Source: Desulfuromonadales bacterium GWC2_61_20
GTDB lineage: Bacteria > Desulfobacterota > Desulfuromonadia > Desulfuromonadales > UBA2197
Length of the DNA stretch: 64,000 nt
Direction: 5' to 3'
Assembly: GCA_001799485.1 (NCBI GenBank)
Contig: MGTO01000065.1
Coordinates: 220 to 64,219 of the forward strand
Part shown: piece after piece, positions 61,256 to 64,000 of the stretch
Position numbering within the stretch: the stretch's first letter is position 1
Layout: every line of letters begins with the position of its first letter
The notes under the pieces: model-generated
Databases searched by the model: none
Seen by the model: the letters and a program-made list of their open reading frames with translations, nothing else
What the model was told of the DNA's origin: nothing
Made by a program: the position numbers and the translations under genes

Positions 61256-61912
61256 ATGCATACCGTCACCCTCAGCGGCACCGACCAGCATTTTCCTGTC
61301 GGCAAGATTGTCTGCCTCGGGCGCAACTACCACGATCACATCCGCGAACTCGGCAACGAACTCCCCGAACGGGCCGTCCTCTTTATGAAGCCCGCTTCCA
61401 GCATTATCGGCAACGGCGAAACGGTCGTCATCCCCGGCTATTCCCACGATTGCCACCACGAGGTCGAACTTGCCCTCCTCATCGGTCGCGGCGGTAAGCA
61501 TATCGCCGAAGCTGCGGCCCGGGACGTCATCGCCGGCTATGGCGTCGCCATCGACCTGACCCTGCGCGACATCCAGCAGGAGTTGAAACAGAAAGGTCTC
61601 CCCTGGGACATCGCCAAGGGCTTCGATACCGCCTGTCCCCTCTCCGACTTTGTCCCGGCGGCCACTGTCGCCGACGCCCAGAATCTGCAACTGACCCTCA
61701 GCGTCAACGGCATCGTCCGCCAGGATGCCACGACCGCCCTGATGATCCGCTCCATCCCCCGGATCATCGCCGAGATCTCCGCCATTTTCACCCTCGAACC
61801 CGGCGACATCATCCTCACCGGCACCCCGGCCGGGGTTGGCCCGGTGGTCAGCGGCGATCGCATGACCGCGACCATCGCCGGCGTGGGGACGCTGGATATT
61901 GGTGTGCGTTGA
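61256..61912 (+). CDS. Fumarylacetoacetate hydrolase (FAH) family protein
   Basis: Internal ATG 61256 after AAGGAG. KIVCLGRNYHDHIRELG, FMKPASSIIGNGETVVIP, HHEVELALLIGR, DLTLRDIQ, GDIILTGTPAGVGPV. Confidence 0.85.
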   Translation: MHTVTLSGTDQHFPVGKIVCLGRNYHDHIRELGNELPERAVLFMKPASSIIGNGETVVIPGYSHDCHHEVELALLIGRGGKHIAEAAARDVIAGYGVAIDLTLRDIQQELKQKGLPWDIAKGFDTACPLSDFVPAATVADAQNLQLTLSVNGIVRQDATTALMIRSIPRIIAEISAIFTLEPGDIILTGTPAGVGPVVSGDRMTATIAGVGTLDIGVR

Positions 61913-61949
61913 AAACTTGAAGTAACCCCTGGAGGGCGCAGCCCCATAC

Positions 61950-61981
61950 AAAGGCCCCGCGGGATTTCCCGCGGGGCCTTT
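61950..61981. terminator. Bidirectional terminator between convergent genes
   Basis: AAAGGCCCCGCGGGA-TT-TCCCGCGGGGCCTTT, a 12-bp GC-rich stem flanked by A and T runs. Confidence 0.8.
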
Positions 61982-62026
61982 GGCAAAGGACAAAAGATGG
62001 CCGGCGGCGCTCGCGGCCAAGACTCC

Positions 62027-63712
62027 CTACGACACCAGAGCGAGACGTCTTTGTTGCCGCGAGGTGATGCTGCCGGGGCGCTGCGTTTCCGGCAGACGGT
62101 CCTCCCGCTCCATGCGAAAAAAGCCCGCCATCTCCCGCAACTGATCCGATTGGGCCGACAATTCCTCGGCGGTCGACGCCATCTCTTCGGACGAGGCGGA
62201 ATTCTGCTGGATGACCTGGTCGAGCCGGCCGATGGCATTGCCCACCTGCTCGGCCCCGACTTCCTGCTTCTTGCTGGCCACTGCGATCTCCTGGATGAGA
62301 TCGGCGGTGCGCTGGATCATCGGCACCAGCTTGTCGAGCAACTCCCCGGCCCGCTCGGCCACCTGCACACTCGAAACCGACATCTTGCCGATTTCGGCCG
62401 CCGCCGTCTGGCTGCGGTCGGCCAATTTGCGCACTTCCGCGGCAACCACGGCGAAACCGCGGCCGTGCTCTCCCGCCCGTGCCGCTTCAATCGCCGCGTT
62501 CAAGGCGAGCAGACTGGTCTGCCGGGCAATTTCCTCGATGATCGAAACATTGCCGGTGATCTCGCGCATCGCCTTGGCCGTTTCCCGCACGGCTTCGCCC
62601 CCCGTCAACGCTTCCTGGGCCGCAGCTCGCGAGATATTGCCGGTCTGCGCCGCATTGGCCGCACTTTGCCGGGTAACGACCAGCATCTCTACCATGGCGC
62701 TGTTCACCTCCTGCGCGACGGCTGCCTGCTGCGCCGTCCCATCGGAAAGTTGCTGGCAGGAGAGGGAAATCTGCCCGGCCCCCGTCGCCACATTACCGGT
62801 GGCCTCGTGCAGTCGCTGGGCGATGCCGCCGAGGCTGGCAACCATTCCCTGCAAAGCCTGCCCGAGGATGTCGTGTGGCGACGCCAGGGACACCTCGGTG
62901 TCGAGCTTCCCCTCGGCGATGGTCTGGGCCAGTTGCGAGCGTTGCAGCATACTGTCGGCCAGACCATTGAGTTCCTGCGCCAGCTCGCCGATCTCCCCCC
63001 CGGCCTTGACGACAATGCGGTTATGCGCTTCCACTTCACCCCGCCCGAGAAGAGCCACTTGGGCACGAATATCCTCGATCGGACGAATCAGCAGGTGATT
63101 GGCAACATACCTGGCAATCAAAGCCGTGCAGACCAACGCCACCAGAAATAGGATCAGCTGATAGCGGCCGTTGCGCTCGGCCACCCGACTGTTTTCCGCA
63201 ACCTGTTCCTCGGCCCGCGCCGTCAAGTGCGTCGACAGTGCTTCGAATCGTTCCAGTAACGCCTGCTGGGTCTTCCCGGTCTGCTGCACCTGCTCGATCA
63301 AGCCCGCTATGCTCTCGCCTTTGGCCAAGCGCCGGTAGATGTTCGGGGCCTGCTCCGCATAGCTGCGGAAGTCCCCGGCCAGCTGACGCAAAGGACCCTC
63401 GCCATCGTGACCGGGGAGTGCCATGCGGCTCATCAGCTCGCCAATCTCCCGACCGAGGGATTCGGCGCTGGCAATCGCGTCTTCGTCGCCGACCAGAACG
63501 GCCTCTTCATACATCGCCTTCTGCTTCTTGAAGAGAGTCAGCACCTCGGCCCCCTGCATGGCCAGGGGAAACTCGACAGACCTCAATTCTTTGAGGCTGG
63601 CGGAAAAACGCACGCTGGCGACATAATTCACCGCCGTGGCCAGGGCAAAACCGAGAAAGCCAAGGCCGACGCAGAGCCAGATTTTTGCCCGGATACTGGA
63701 AAAATATCCCAT
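62027..63712 (-). CDS. Methyl-accepting chemotaxis protein (2 TM, periplasmic helical sensor, HAMP, MCP signalling domain)
   Basis: ATG 63710-63712. The highly conserved hairpin region [41 protein letters not shown]. Confidence 0.9.
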   Translation of the reverse strand: MGYFSSIRAKIWLCVGLGFLGFALATAVNYVASVRFSASLKELRSVEFPLAMQGAEVLTLFKKQKAMYEEAVLVGDEDAIASAESLGREIGELMSRMALPGHDGEGPLRQLAGDFRSYAEQAPNIYRRLAKGESIAGLIEQVQQTGKTQQALLERFEALSTHLTARAEEQVAENSRVAERNGRYQLILFLVALVCTALIARYVANHLLIRPIEDIRAQVALLGRGEVEAHNRIVVKAGGEIGELAQELNGLADSMLQRSQLAQTIAEGKLDTEVSLASPHDILGQALQGMVASLGGIAQRLHEATGNVATGAGQISLSCQQLSDGTAQQAAVAQEVNSAMVEMLVVTRQSAANAAQTGNISRAAAQEALTGGEAVRETAKAMREITGNVSIIEEIARQTSLLALNAAIEAARAGEHGRGFAVVAAEVRKLADRSQTAAAEIGKMSVSSVQVAERAGELLDKLVPMIQRTADLIQEIAVASKKQEVGAEQVGNAIGRLDQVIQQNSASSEEMASTAEELSAQSDQLREMAGFFRMEREDRLPETQRPGSITSRQQRRLALVS

Positions 63713-63770
63713 ATAAACCCCTTCTGCGGGACTTGCGATTCAGTCGCAAGCCCCGCAGTTCTGTCATACA

Positions 63771-64000
63771 CTAGTTGAGCTTGATTTCCTTGACCGAATC
63801 GTCGAGGGCAGCCCGGGAGATATACCCGATGCCCCGCGGGTCTGCAGCGATAAACTTCTTCATCTCCGCATCGTCCTTGAGTTCGATCGGCGGCGTACCG
63901 GTCCCGGTGAACAGGGCCTTTTTCCAATAGATCTGGAACTGTTGCACAGTCTTTTTGACGACGGTATCGACAAACGCCTGTGTCACCTTCTCATCGTACT
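63771..64000 (-). CDS. PstS-like periplasmic substrate-binding domain protein, 3' part only (runs off the window)
   Basis: C-terminal sequence ...WKKALFTGTGTPPIELKDDAEMKKFIAADPRGIGYISRAALDDSVKEIKLN resembles phosphate-binding-protein-like domains. The N-terminus lies beyond 64000. Confidence 0.45.
   Translation of the reverse strand, partial: YDEKVTQAFVDTVVKKTVQQFQIYWKKALFTGTGTPPIELKDDAEMKKFIAADPRGIGYISRAALDDSVKEIKLN

Overview
High-GC chromosomal segment. Its gene content (thiH-type anaerobic thiamine pathway, Geobacter-style REP hairpins, many exported lipoproteins) suggests an anaerobic Desulfuromonadales/Geobacter-like deltaproteobacterium; that assignment is inference only.

Layout:
- (1) 28-13,906, minus strand: a tightly packed 12-gene operon. 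Every product except two is exported. It contains four iterations of a gene pair (triple carboxypeptidase-regulatory-like beta-sandwich protein followed by a parallel beta-helix protein), a fifth beta-helix lipoprotein, a polytopic spermidine-synthase-like membrane protein, DUF3467, a short OpuAC-like binding protein and a Tat-signal DUF362 protein. This is the best candidate for an undescribed system in the window.
- (2) A CRTAC1/ASPIC-UnbV FG-GAP protein with its own terminator.
- (3) A 3-gene operon: AAA+ protein with all catalytic motifs degenerate, FmdE-domain protein, and a CxC permease.
- (4) glpK.
- (5) About 25 kb exopolysaccharide locus (20.3-45.7 kb, minus strand): Wzc-like, Wza-like, outer-membrane barrel, CapD-like dehydratase, Cys-less rhodanese, low-GC LuxR pseudo-receiver regulator. 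It also carries a sugar-decoration cassette (DegT aminotransferase, 2 methyltransferases, ATP-grasp, methylthiotransferase-like radical SAM enzyme without TRAM domain, FemAB-like transferase), an initiating sugar transferase, four GT4 enzymes, an AsnB-like protein lacking a glutaminase domain, a Wzy/O-antigen-ligase-like protein and a flippase.
- (6) A GH43-like propeller and two paralogous pectate-lyase-like proteins, one carrying Calx-beta and duplicated Ig-like domains.
- (7) An AT-rich regulatory island, then a TPP riboswitch controlling thiF-thiS-thiG-thiH-thiE, with REP-like elements and a 31-nt palindrome inside the operon.
- (8) DUF485-actP.
- (9) A separately terminated operon: DUF294-type nucleotidyltransferase plus a 2-TM and a 4-TM protein.
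- (10) TRIC-family channel, FAH-family hydrolase, an MCP and a partial PstS-like binding protein.

I could not recognise any rRNA, tRNA, CRISPR array, transposase or integrase. Many long ORFs in the supplied track are antisense shadows of real genes in GC-rich DNA and were rejected. The track also translates GTG/TTG starts as M, so several starts were re-examined at nucleotide level.
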